Origin: Candidatus Iainarchaeum sp.
GTDB lineage: Archaea; Iainarchaeota; Iainarchaeia; Iainarchaeales; JACQJH01
DNA: 32,000 nt
Direction of reading: 5' to 3'
NCBI GenBank assembly: GCA_016205145.1
Contig: JACQJH010000001.1
Span: 240,001 to 272,000, forward strand
Part shown: piece after piece, positions 15,593-23,300 of the stretch
How the letters are laid out: every line of letters starts with the position of its first letter
Position numbering within the stretch: the first letter of the stretch is position 1
Made by a program: the position numbers and the translations under genes
Notes under the pieces: generated by a model
Database searches by the model: none
What the model saw: only the letters and a program-made list of their open reading frames with translations
Told to the model about the DNA's origin: nothing

Positions 15593-17794
15593 TCATTCAC
15601 TTCCCGCATGCTCCGGCTTTCCAAAAAGCTTTGGCAGTTCGTTTATGTCTTTCAACACGGCGTCCGCGCCTTTTTCCAAATAAAATTTTTTGCCCGGCGA
15701 GAACGCGCCCGTCAAAACCATTGCGCAAAAATTGCCTTTCAGCGGGCCGCCCGCGTTTTTCACCATTTCAAGGTCGTCAATCATGTCACCCACATACAAA
15801 ACCTTTTCGGCATTGAGCCTTTTTTTCATCCATTCCAGCGGCGCGGCGTTTGGTTTCAACTTTCCGCCGGTTTCGCTTGCGGTTTCATCCGAAAAAATGT
15901 TTTCTTTTGCAATCGCCGCTGCAAGGCCGCATCTTTCAAGGCAAAGCATTGCTTCGTTGAACGTGCGCCCGGTTATCACGCCGAGCTTTTTGCCGTTGTT
16001 TTTCAGCCACTCGACGGTTTTCCTTGAAACAATCATTTTTTCGTTTTCGCAAAGCCCTTTTTTCACGCCCAATCTTGCCGGTTTGCCGAAAAACTCCGTG
16101 AAACGCCTTTCGCCGAGGTATAGTTCCTCGAACGCGTCCATGATTTTTTCGCGGTCGTATTCGCGTGCAATGCTTTCCCACTTTTGGCCGGCAATCTGCC
16201 TTGCAGCCCTTTCTGCGCCTTCAAAGCCTTTGTCCAAGCCGATTTTCGGGGCGAATTCTTCCCCGCTTACGCGAAAGCCGTTTTTTTGCAGCAACGCAAC
16301 CAGGCTTAAAGCATAGGCAACGTGCCAGTCGTTGTTGAATCCCCCCAAGCGCTTGAACAAAGCGGTTTTCTGCACCGGAAACCTTTTTCCGTACAAAACT
16401 TCGACCGCTTTCACTGTTGCAATCCTGTAAGTGTTGCTTACATCTGCCAGCACGCCGTCAATGTCCAAAACAATCGCGTCAACGCCAGAAAACCCGCTTC
16501 CGGGCGCGCTTTTTCCGCGGTCCAAGCGTATTTCAACGCTTTTTTTGTGCGCTTCAAGGCCCTCGGAATCAGCCATTGCACCAATCGTTTTTTGCAGGCC
16601 TTTCAGGCCTTTTTCAGAGATTTTCTGGAACGCGATGACCTTGACAAAGTCCCTTGCCGACAGGCCAGCGCGTTGTTTTGCCGTTCCGCCGGTTGGCAGG
16701 ACGTGATTTGTGCCGGAACAGTAGTCTCCCGCGGCTACCGGGCTGAAGTCTCCGAGAAAAACGCTTCCAGCCGCGCTTATTTGCGGCAGAAGCCTTTCCG
16801 CCCTGCCGAAAAGCACCAAGTGTTCCGGGCCGATTTGGTTCACGATGCCCGCGCAGTCCTGCAGATCCCTTGCAATGACAACAGCCGAATTGGTTTCAAG
16901 CGCCCTGCGTGCTGTTTCGGCATTCTTTGCTGTTTCAAGCTGAACCGAAAGCGCGGCTTTGGCTTTTTCTGCGAGCGCCCTGTCCGGCGTGACAAGAATG
17001 CAGACGCTGTTTGAGTCGTGCTCGGCCTGCGTCAAAAGCTCGGCCGCAACGATTTTCGCGTCGGCTTTCGAGTCCGCTACAACGCACACCTCGCTCGGCC
17101 CGGCAACAAAATCAATGGAAACCTGGCCGAAAACAAGCCTTTTCGCGGTTGCGACAAAAACGTTTCCCGGCCCGGCAATCTTTTGCACGCGCGGCACGGT
17201 TTTGGTGCCGAATGCCATTGCGGCAATTGCCTGGCTTCCGCCCAGAGTGAAAATCCTGTCCACGCCGGCGATGTCGGCTGCGACAAGCACGAGCGGGTTA
17301 GTGCCATCCTTTTTCGGCGGAGTGCACATCACAATCTCTTTCACGCCCGCGGCTTTCGCAGGCAAGGCATTCATCAAAACGCTTGAAGGCAAAGGATACC
17401 TGCCCGCTGGAACATAAATGCCGACAACGTCCAATGGCCTGACAATTTCCCCAACAACCACGCCTTGCGCATTTTCAGTTTTCCATTCTTTCGGCAGCTG
17501 CCTTTTTGCAAAAGCAAGAATGTTTTTTTTCGCGAGCTTCAAGGCTTCAACCTGTGCCTTCGAAACTTTGGAATAAGCCGCCTTAATCTCCGCACTGCTC
17601 ACTTCCATGCTTTCAGGGGAAAGCCGCACGCCATCGAATTTTTCCGAAAACGCAATCAGCGCGGAATCGCCTTTTTCCCTGACTTCCGCGATAATGCTTC
17701 GGACGGTTTCTTCGACATTCTTGTCCGGCGCCTCCAGCCCGGCAAGGAACGCTTCAAGCTCTCCGGGTTTTTCGGCGGTTATTTCTTTCAGCAT
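15593..17794 (-). CDS. hisD: fusion: histidinol dehydrogenase (~427 aa) plus C-terminal HAD-superfamily phosphatase (~295 aa)
   Basis: HisD part: ...VREKGDSAL..FSEKFDGV...GPGNVFV..AK...QAEHD...GDY.SGTNHVLPT...EGLEAHKKSVEIRL. After the linker DRGKSAPGSGFSG come HAD motifs DIDGV (I), VITGRT (II), K..P (III) and YVGDMIDD (IV). ATG at 17794 (GTG alternative at 17803). Confidence 0.9.
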   Translation of the reverse strand: MLKEITAEKPGELEAFLAGLEAPDKNVEETVRSIIAEVREKGDSALIAFSEKFDGVRLSPESMEVSSAEIKAAYSKVSKAQVEALKLAKKNILAFAKRQLPKEWKTENAQGVVVGEIVRPLDVVGIYVPAGRYPLPSSVLMNALPAKAAGVKEIVMCTPPKKDGTNPLVLVAADIAGVDRIFTLGGSQAIAAMAFGTKTVPRVQKIAGPGNVFVATAKRLVFGQVSIDFVAGPSEVCVVADSKADAKIVAAELLTQAEHDSNSVCILVTPDRALAEKAKAALSVQLETAKNAETARRALETNSAVVIARDLQDCAGIVNQIGPEHLVLFGRAERLLPQISAAGSVFLGDFSPVAAGDYCSGTNHVLPTGGTAKQRAGLSARDFVKVIAFQKISEKGLKGLQKTIGAMADSEGLEAHKKSVEIRLDRGKSAPGSGFSGVDAIVLDIDGVLADVSNTYRIATVKAVEVLYGKRFPVQKTALFKRLGGFNNDWHVAYALSLVALLQKNGFRVSGEEFAPKIGLDKGFEGAERAARQIAGQKWESIAREYDREKIMDAFEELYLGERRFTEFFGKPARLGVKKGLCENEKMIVSRKTVEWLKNNGKKLGVITGRTFNEAMLCLERCGLAAAIAKENIFSDETASETGGKLKPNAAPLEWMKKRLNAEKVLYVGDMIDDLEMVKNAGGPLKGNFCAMVLTGAFSPGKKFYLEKGADAVLKDINELPKLFGKPEHAGSE

Positions 17795-17805
17795 GTAGAC
17801 CACGT

Positions 17806-17870
17806 GCCAAGTAAAGGCTTACTTGGCATATTGCGCAGCAATATGCCTTGGTTTCGCACCCGCCGGGCGA
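17806..17870 (-). repeat. intergenic hairpin element, copy A (between the tRNA-His 3' end and the hisD start)
   Basis: Plus strand: CTTACTTGGC; stem GGCATATTGC (17825-17834) pairs with GCAATATGCC (17838-17847); then TTGGTTTCG. An extra 9-bp hairpin GCCAAGTAA (17806-17814) / TTACTTGGC (17819-17827) lies just upstream of the hisD ATG. Confidence 0.55.
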
Positions 17871-17879
17871 TGACGGCGA

Positions 17880-18104
17880 GGCCTGTGCCGGGAATCGAGC
17901 CCGGGCCGGGGGATAACTGCAACCATGCGGTTTTTCGCAAACCTTTTTGGAAAAGGTTTCTTGCGGTTTTTCGCAAACCTTTTTGGAAAAGGTTTCTTGC
18001 GGTTTTTCGCAAACCTTTTTGGAAAAGGTTTCTTGCGGTTTTTCGCAAACCTTTTTCCAAAAGGTTTCCACAGTCCCCAATGCTGCCACTACACCACACA
18101 AGCC
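17880..18104 (-). tRNA. tRNA-His(GTG) with a 153-nt intron at the canonical 37/38 position
   Basis: 5' exon 18104-18068: G(-1) GCTTGTG TG GTGT AGTGGCA GCAT T GGGGA CTGTGG. 3' exon 17914-17880: A TCCCC CGGC CCGGG CTCGATT CCCGG CACAGGC C. The encoded G-1 sits opposite C73, a tRNA-His hallmark. All four stems pair. Confidence 0.8.
17927..18069 (-). repeat. four tandem copies of a 36-nt unit (GCGGTTTTTCGCAAACCTTTTTGGAAAAGGTTTCTT on the plus strand) filling the tRNA-His intron
   Basis: Units start at 17927, 17963, 17999 and 18035. The first three are identical; the fourth has GG to CC in the loop and is truncated at the exon. Each unit contains the 9-bp palindrome AAACCTTTT/AAAAGGTTT. Confidence 0.95.
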
Positions 18105-18107
18105 ATT

Positions 18108-18161
18108 CGGCGGTTTCGTCCGCCGGGTTCGACGACGGGTACTTCGCTGCGCTCAGTACCC
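18108..18161 (+). repeat. intergenic hairpin element, copy F (abuts the tRNA-His 5' end on the opposite strand)
   Basis: CGGCGG-TTTCGT-CCGCCG (18108-18125), GGTTCGAC (18126-18133), then GGGTACT (18137-18143) pairs with AGTACCC (18155-18161) across an 11-nt loop. Same layout as copy E. Confidence 0.5.
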
Positions 18162-18349
18162 ATCTGTTCTTTTTCGTATTATCCTCTGCCGCTAAAAGGT
18201 TTTCCGCCGCGAATCCAGCCTGAGGGCTGGGTTGCGTTGAAAACAGGCTTTCAGAGTTACTTCTATTCAAGAATTTAAGAGAATTTTCATACGATGTGAA
18301 GTAACTCACTTTTCATTCTGAAAACCTGAAATAATCTGCCTATGCAAGG

Positions 18350-18357
18350 TTTAAATA
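18350..18357. promoter_or_regulatory. palindromic TATA box TTTAAATA (within GGTTTAAATACC)
   Basis: The same GGTTTAAATA sequence occurs at 30853-30862 in front of a gene start. Direction here is unresolved. A plus-strand TSS would fall near 18380, at the edge of hairpin copy C. A minus-strand TSS would fall near 18325. Confidence 0.4.
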
Positions 18358-18381
18358 CCTATGCGGCGGCGGGAATTCGTG

Positions 18382-18441
18382 CTTACTCGGCCATTGCAAC
18401 GCAATGGCCTTGGTTCCGAACGCAGGGGGCTTCGCCCCCTC
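18382..18441 (-). repeat. intergenic hairpin element, copy C
   Basis: Plus strand: CTTACTCGGC; stem GGCCATTGC (18389-18397) pairs with GCAATGGCC (18401-18409); TTGGTTCCG; then the GGGGGC-TTC-GCCCCC hairpin (18425-18439). Confidence 0.55.
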
Positions 18442-18466
18442 ACCCGTCCCCAATCATTTACTACTG

Positions 18467-18528
18467 CTTACTCGGCGTATTGCGCTGGCAATACGCCTTG
18501 GTTCCGAACCAGCCGGACGGAACCGGCT
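18467..18528 (-). repeat. intergenic hairpin element, copy B (immediately 3' of tRNA-Leu)
   Basis: Plus strand: CTTACTCGGC; stem GGCGTATTGC (18474-18483) pairs with GCAATACGCC (18488-18497); TTGGTTCCGAACC; then AGCCGG-ACGGAA-CCGGCT (18511-18528). Confidence 0.55.
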
Positions 18529-18529
18529 T

Positions 18530-18613
18530 TGCAGGAGGGCGGATTCGAACCGCCGAACGCACTAAGCGACAAGGCCCTGAACCTTGCGGGTTTGGCCGCT
18601 TCCCTACCCCTGC
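18530..18613 (-). tRNA. tRNA-Leu(CAG)
   Basis: GCAGGGG TA GGG AAGCGGCCAAA CCC G CAAGG TTCAGGG CCTTG TCGCTTAGTGCGTTC (long variable arm) GGCGG TTCGAAT CCGCC CTCCTGC A. Confidence 0.9.
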
Positions 18614-18678
18614 ATTATGCTAGTATTTGTTTTGGGTTTGTTTTAAGAATATTTTTTTTTGCGCGCCGGAACGCGCTT

Positions 18679-18752
18679 CGACCCCAAGGGGATTTGAACC
18701 CCTGCCAGAGGCTCCGCAAGCCCCCGTGCTGTCCAGGCTACACCATGGGGCC
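18679..18752 (-). tRNA. tRNA-Arg(GCG)
   Basis: GGCCCCA TG GTGT AGCCTGGACA GCAC G GGGGC TTGCGGA GCCTC TGGC AGGGG TTCAAAT CCCCT TGGGGTC G. It is followed 2 nt later by the hairpin GCGCG-TTCCGG-CGCGC (18676-18661). Confidence 0.88.
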
Positions 18753-18837
18753 AGAACTGTCCGGGCAATTTTGCCAGAAGCAATTGTGCTGAAAAAGTCT
18801 TTTTATGGCTTGTGTTGGATTGCCATAATAAAAGCGC

Positions 18838-19716
18838 TTATTCGCGGAACAGTATGAATGCGATTACCGCGAAGAGCGCGGGCAATAGCAGCAGGTTTGT
18901 TTCGGGAATGTTGGTTGCGCTTGTCCGCTTTGACACGCTGAAATAGGCTTCCCTTGAATCGTTGTTCGGATTGGAGTTTGCCGGTGGCGCAAGAGGGTCA
19001 ACTGGCACTATGCTTTTGAGTGTTATTTGCACTTTATAACTGTCTTTGTTTGCAGCAAGTCCCCCCGGCGGATTGTATGAATAGCTGCCGATTGTCAGTT
19101 CAGATTGGTTGGCCGGAACGTTTGAGAATGCGAGCAGGCCCGTGGCACTAATGCTGCCAACCGGCGTTGCCGATGGGCCGGGCGTGAAGGTTCCGCCGGT
19201 TAACGGGGTTCCACTGGTGTCAAAAAATTTGTATTCGGTTTGGAGGTTCACCGGCCCGGAATTGTTATTGTACACGCTGAGTTTTACTGTTATTGGATTG
19301 CCTTCAAAAATGCTTGGCGCCTTCACGTCAATCAGTGCGACGTCGTTGGCGCTGACTGGAACGCAGTGGCCGAGATTGACGCACACGTACAATTCGCTTA
19401 GGGTCAGCTTGCACGTTCCGTTGTCGCAGTGGAAGTTTATTTCGCAGTCCGCGGAGCTTGTGCAGCTTGCCGCGTTTCCTGTGCCGGGCGCCTTTCCGCC
19501 TTTCAGCAGGTCAAGGTCGACGCGATAGTTTGTTCCCTGCTCGGAGTTGCTGCCTTTTGAAACGTAAAAATAGTAGCAGAAATTCGTGCCCGCCGTGAGC
19601 TGTATGCTTGGGTCTGCGGGCGCGGGGCAGGTTACTGCCGCGAATGCGTTGCCTGCAAGGAATGCCATGAACAGCGCAGCTGCCAGCAAAAAAAACTTTT
19701 TTTCCATTTTTTTCAC
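18838..19716 (-). CDS. secreted Cys-containing surface protein with a CARDB-like domain and a C-terminal TM anchor
   Basis: Signal peptide MKKMEKKFFLLAAALFMAFLAGNAFA|AV. The C-terminus ...IPETNLLLLPALFAVIAFILFRE is a short motif, a TM helix, then charged residues. GTGA overlap with the upstream gene (ATG alternative at 19707). Confidence 0.75.
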   Translation of the reverse strand: MKKMEKKFFLLAAALFMAFLAGNAFAAVTCPAPADPSIQLTAGTNFCYYFYVSKGSNSEQGTNYRVDLDLLKGGKAPGTGNAASCTSSADCEINFHCDNGTCKLTLSELYVCVNLGHCVPVSANDVALIDVKAPSIFEGNPITVKLSVYNNNSGPVNLQTEYKFFDTSGTPLTGGTFTPGPSATPVGSISATGLLAFSNVPANQSELTIGSYSYNPPGGLAANKDSYKVQITLKSIVPVDPLAPPANSNPNNDSREAYFSVSKRTSATNIPETNLLLLPALFAVIAFILFRE

Positions 19717-20309
19717 GCGCTTATTCCGACCATGCGGAAAAACTTTTCCACTTTCCCTGTTTCAATGTCGACTATCGCTATGAACGAACCCTTTGCCGCC
19801 GAAGAGAATTCCACGAGGTGCAATTCCTTGTCCGGCAAATTTTGGTATATTATGAACTGCTGTTTTAGTATTTCTTTCTTTTCTATCGTGAGAACGTAGA
19901 CTTTCGCGTCAAAACCTTGGTCCTTCACGTATGCCTGGTAAGTCGCATTGGTTGCTGCAACTTCTATCGCCTTTGCCGTCTTCGCAGAATCGGTTTCCTC
20001 GCTCAATTGTGCGCTTTCTTCGGGTTTGCCTGCCCCCGCACTTGTTTCAGCCTGGCTTGCGGTTGGCTTTTCTGTCACGGTCACAGTGCTGTTTTTGCTG
20101 TCCCGCTCTGCCTGCAGCCGGATTTCATTCATTTCGTTTTCAATGTTTTTCTGGATGTTGGCGTAAGCCAGGTATCCCAGAACAACGGCCAGGATTACCG
20201 CGGCCACCAGAAAGACTATGGTGGCTTTTTTGAATGTACTTCCAGGTTTTGCCGGAGCATCGCTTTTGGCTTCCTTTTTTGCCTGCGTTGCTTTTTTTTG
20301 CGGCACCAA
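19713..20309 (-). CDS. hypothetical N-terminally membrane-anchored protein
   Basis: 198 aa. Lys-rich N-terminus, then the TM helix IVFLVAAVILAVVLGYLAYA. TTG/GTG start. Lies in an operon with surface-protein genes. Confidence 0.6.
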   Translation of the reverse strand: MVPQKKATQAKKEAKSDAPAKPGSTFKKATIVFLVAAVILAVVLGYLAYANIQKNIENEMNEIRLQAERDSKNSTVTVTEKPTASQAETSAGAGKPEESAQLSEETDSAKTAKAIEVAATNATYQAYVKDQGFDAKVYVLTIEKKEILKQQFIIYQNLPDKELHLVEFSSAAKGSFIAIVDIETGKVEKFFRMVGISA

Positions 20310-20341
20310 AAAGACCTTTCCCTGGCTTTTCTTATGCCCAT

Positions 20342-23300
20342 TCAGGACGTGAACGTCACATTGATTGTTTCGGTTGCGCCCGTTGCATTGTCCCTGATTG
20401 TCGCGGTTCCGGTGTGCGGCGTTCCGGGCACAAGCTTGCAGTTTAACGGGTCGATCTGCACCGAAATGATGCCGTTGTTGAATGCCGGCGAGATTGCCGG
20501 GGTGCTGCAGCTTTCGCCTGCAACAGTGGAATTGACAGTGAATGCAACCGTGCCGCTTTGCACGGGCTGGCCGCCGGCCTTCATTATGAAACCGTTAAGG
20601 AAAAGGAAAACGTTCACAGGCTGCAATGTCTGGCCTGAAGTGTTCTGGCAGGTTCCCTGGCAGCAGACCAAGCCGTTTTGCACGTCCTGCACTGTTCCAG
20701 AGCACAATTCAGTTGAAGCATCGCAGGTGTTCCAGCCTTGGTCAGTGCAAGCCTGTTCGAAGTTTGTGGGATTGGTGCATGCAACGTTGCAGCAGACGCC
20801 ATAAGGATAGGTTGCCTGCACGTTCGAGCATGTCTGCAGGCCCGTGCAGTAAATGTTTGTAGAACAGGTCACGACTCCGCCCCCGCCGCCCGGCGCTGTG
20901 TGCCCGTGCTCTAAATCGTATTGGCAGCTTGTCATGAGCGTCGGTGTTCCGGTTGAATTGTCATAAACCTGCAAGGTTATCTGGTGGATTGTCGGGTCCG
21001 TTACCACAGCATAACTGTGGTTTACGCCCGCTGAAAGGTTTGTGATTTGCCCAAATGCAACATCTGCGAACGCGCCCGCGGAATCCCACTTGATTTTTGC
21101 CGTATGGCCGGAGCCGACTGGGTTTGACACGCTTGCCTTGACATTGACTGTTGCGGCATTCGCCGGATAAATGTTTGACGGGTCGACCAGGAGGTTGCAG
21201 CTTGGCGCGTTTCCGCCTGTTCCCCCGGTGCCTCCGCCCCCGGTCAGCACGGGGCTTTGCCTTAAAGTCTTGGTGCACGAATAACCGTCCACATCGGTGT
21301 AAGTGACGTCATAGCTTATCTGGCTTTCGAAATTGTTCTGTCCGTAAGTGCATGTTCCGCCGGAGCTTATTGCCGGCGCGTTGTTTCCGCATGAGATTGT
21401 TCCGGCCGGAGCCGCGTCCGGACTGAAGTTTCCGGCTTCAACCTTTATTTCACCGCCAACTGCGTCAATCTGGTCGATGGCTGCGCCGACGCTTCCATCC
21501 GCATTAACTGTTTTCGTGGTTATCTGGCAGGTTTTTCCTCCGCCGCCCCCTCCGCCATTGTTTGAGCCGCCGTTGCGGAATGGGCAAGTAAGGTCTGCTG
21601 ATATTGTCGGGTCTGCTCCCGTGTTCGGGTTCTTACGGAAAAAAGTTGACCATGCTGCCGCGGTCGGGCTTGGCGTCCAAGTTGAAACGATAAAGTTGTT
21701 GGCCAATATTCCCGTATGGTTGATTGTTCCGCTCCCGCTCCAATTGCATGCGCCCATCGTCACTGCCTGGTTATTGCCTGTGATGCTGGGCACTTCTTCA
21801 ATCTTTATGCCTTTTGTGTCGCCGTAGTCAACAGATACCGTGAGCCGCTTGGAGCCATTCCATATGCCCGTGCCTTGCAGCAACAGCTTGTAGTCCTTGT
21901 CTGTTTCGGCGTTTCCAACTGAAATGACGTGATCGAATGCAGCATTGTTGAATGCCATGCGGCCGCGGACCAATTCAAGGTCTTTTTCTGCCTGAATTCC
22001 CAGATATATGAATGGCATGTCAATGTTTTCAAGCCTTATTCTCGGTGCCGTGATCAGCTTTAAAACATACACGTAGGTTCCGACAAGCTTTATCTCTTCG
22101 TCTGCATCGATTGTCATCTTTTCGTTTCCGTTGCCGTTTTCCGTGCCTTCAAACCGGCTGCCTGAAACGTCGATTTTGTTGGCTTTCAGCAGTTTGATGT
22201 CGTTTCCCCAGCCGTTTTTGAAATTGGTGTTCCGGATGGTCAATGTTTCGTCCGCCTGGATTACCGCGCCGCTGGGGTCTGTTGCAGTGTTGGTGGTCAC
22301 GTCCCAGAATTCCGGGTTGTTTAAAATGGTTATGTTTTTTGCGCGGATTAGGCTTACAATGCTTCCTTCATTGAAATTGCGCTGGTCCAGGCCCTTCCCG
22401 CTGATTGTGATGTTGCCGTTCAATGCCTTGATTTGGGCGTTTGCGCTGTTAGGGCCGATTACTGACCAGAAAGTCGTGTTTGCCAGGTTTATGTTTCCGT
22501 TGGCTGACTCTATTTTTGATATTCCGTTGTTGTTGAGGCCGTCAAAGCCCTGCACGTTTGAAACCGTGATGTTGTTGTTTGCCGTCAAAGCCCCTTTCAT
22601 GAAATGAATGCACCATCCTCCGCCGCAGCTGCTGATGTCGTGGATGTTGATTGAGCCGTTTGGTGCGGTTATTGCCGCCGGGTTTTCAACCGCCTTGCCG
22701 TTTTTCTGCCCGGTTATTTCCAGTGCGGCCTGCGTGCCGTCATCCGGGCCGTTCACGGTTATGGGATAGTAATTGTTCACAAAGCTGATTTTTGAGTTCT
22801 GGCTTTTCATCCTTCCGCCGACGGTTATGCCGCCCGTCGAATACATTTCAACATTTGAAAGGTTTAGGTTTCCGCCAGAATTGATGCCCTGCAGTTCTGT
22901 GCGCGAATTGGAAATTGTTGTCTGCAATGAGCTTTCCAGCTTCGGGTTGTGCCTGACATCGGTTCCGCTTAAAATTATCGAGCCGTTCGTTGCTTTGATC
23001 AGGCGGTCGGTTATGCCGCTGCCGTCAATTGTATACTGTGCGACCGGCCCTTTTCCCGTCATGCTGATTGCCCAGTTGCCCGCAAATTCGCCAGTTCCGC
23101 TTTCATCGGTTCCGCCGGCGGTAATGCTTCCGTTCTGCTGGAAATGCATTCTTGAATTCGTCGTTTTTATTTTGCCTGTTGATGCTGTCACGGGGCCGCT
23201 GATATAGTGTATTTGCGTGTCATTGAGCTTGAGGTTTCCCCTGCACAGCTGGATTTTGTTTGGCAAGTGGATGCCTATGTCCCTCCCGGATGTCCTGCCG

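Noticed and set aside
17795-17879. A T-box-like or leader-peptide attenuator controlling hisD from the tRNA-His/hisD spacer.
   Set aside because: There is no His-codon-rich leader ORF and no T-box architecture. The main hairpin motif also occurs at loci unrelated to histidine (after tRNA-Leu and after a membrane-protein gene).
17927-18069. The 36-nt repeats with a palindromic core looked like a CRISPR array, since 36 nt is a typical repeat length.
   Set aside because: The units abut directly with no spacers, there are only four copies, no cas genes lie nearby, and the array sits exactly inside a tRNA-His intron.
17465-18309. Track ORFs across the repeat: 17465..18223(+), 17925..18278(+), 17947..18195(+), 17754..18101(-) and 17788..18309(-). 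They encode repeated peptides such as RFFANLFGKGFL or KKVCEKPQETFS.
   Set aside because: These are an artefact of a 36-nt (12-codon) tandem repeat staying open in several frames. They run through both tRNA-His exons and have no start context.
18382-18528. Origin-recognition-box (ORB)-like repeats, suggested by TTGGTTCCGAAC followed by a G-run.
   Set aside because: They do not match the ORB dyad consensus, the G-run is present in only one copy, there is no orc1/cdc6 gene or AT-rich unwinding element nearby, and the copies are scattered (1022, 31603).
18342-18792. Plus-strand ORFs 18342..18623, 18361..18792 and 18627..18857.
   Set aside because: They lie antisense to tRNA-Leu, tRNA-Arg and the hairpin elements, and show neither coding-like composition nor start signals.
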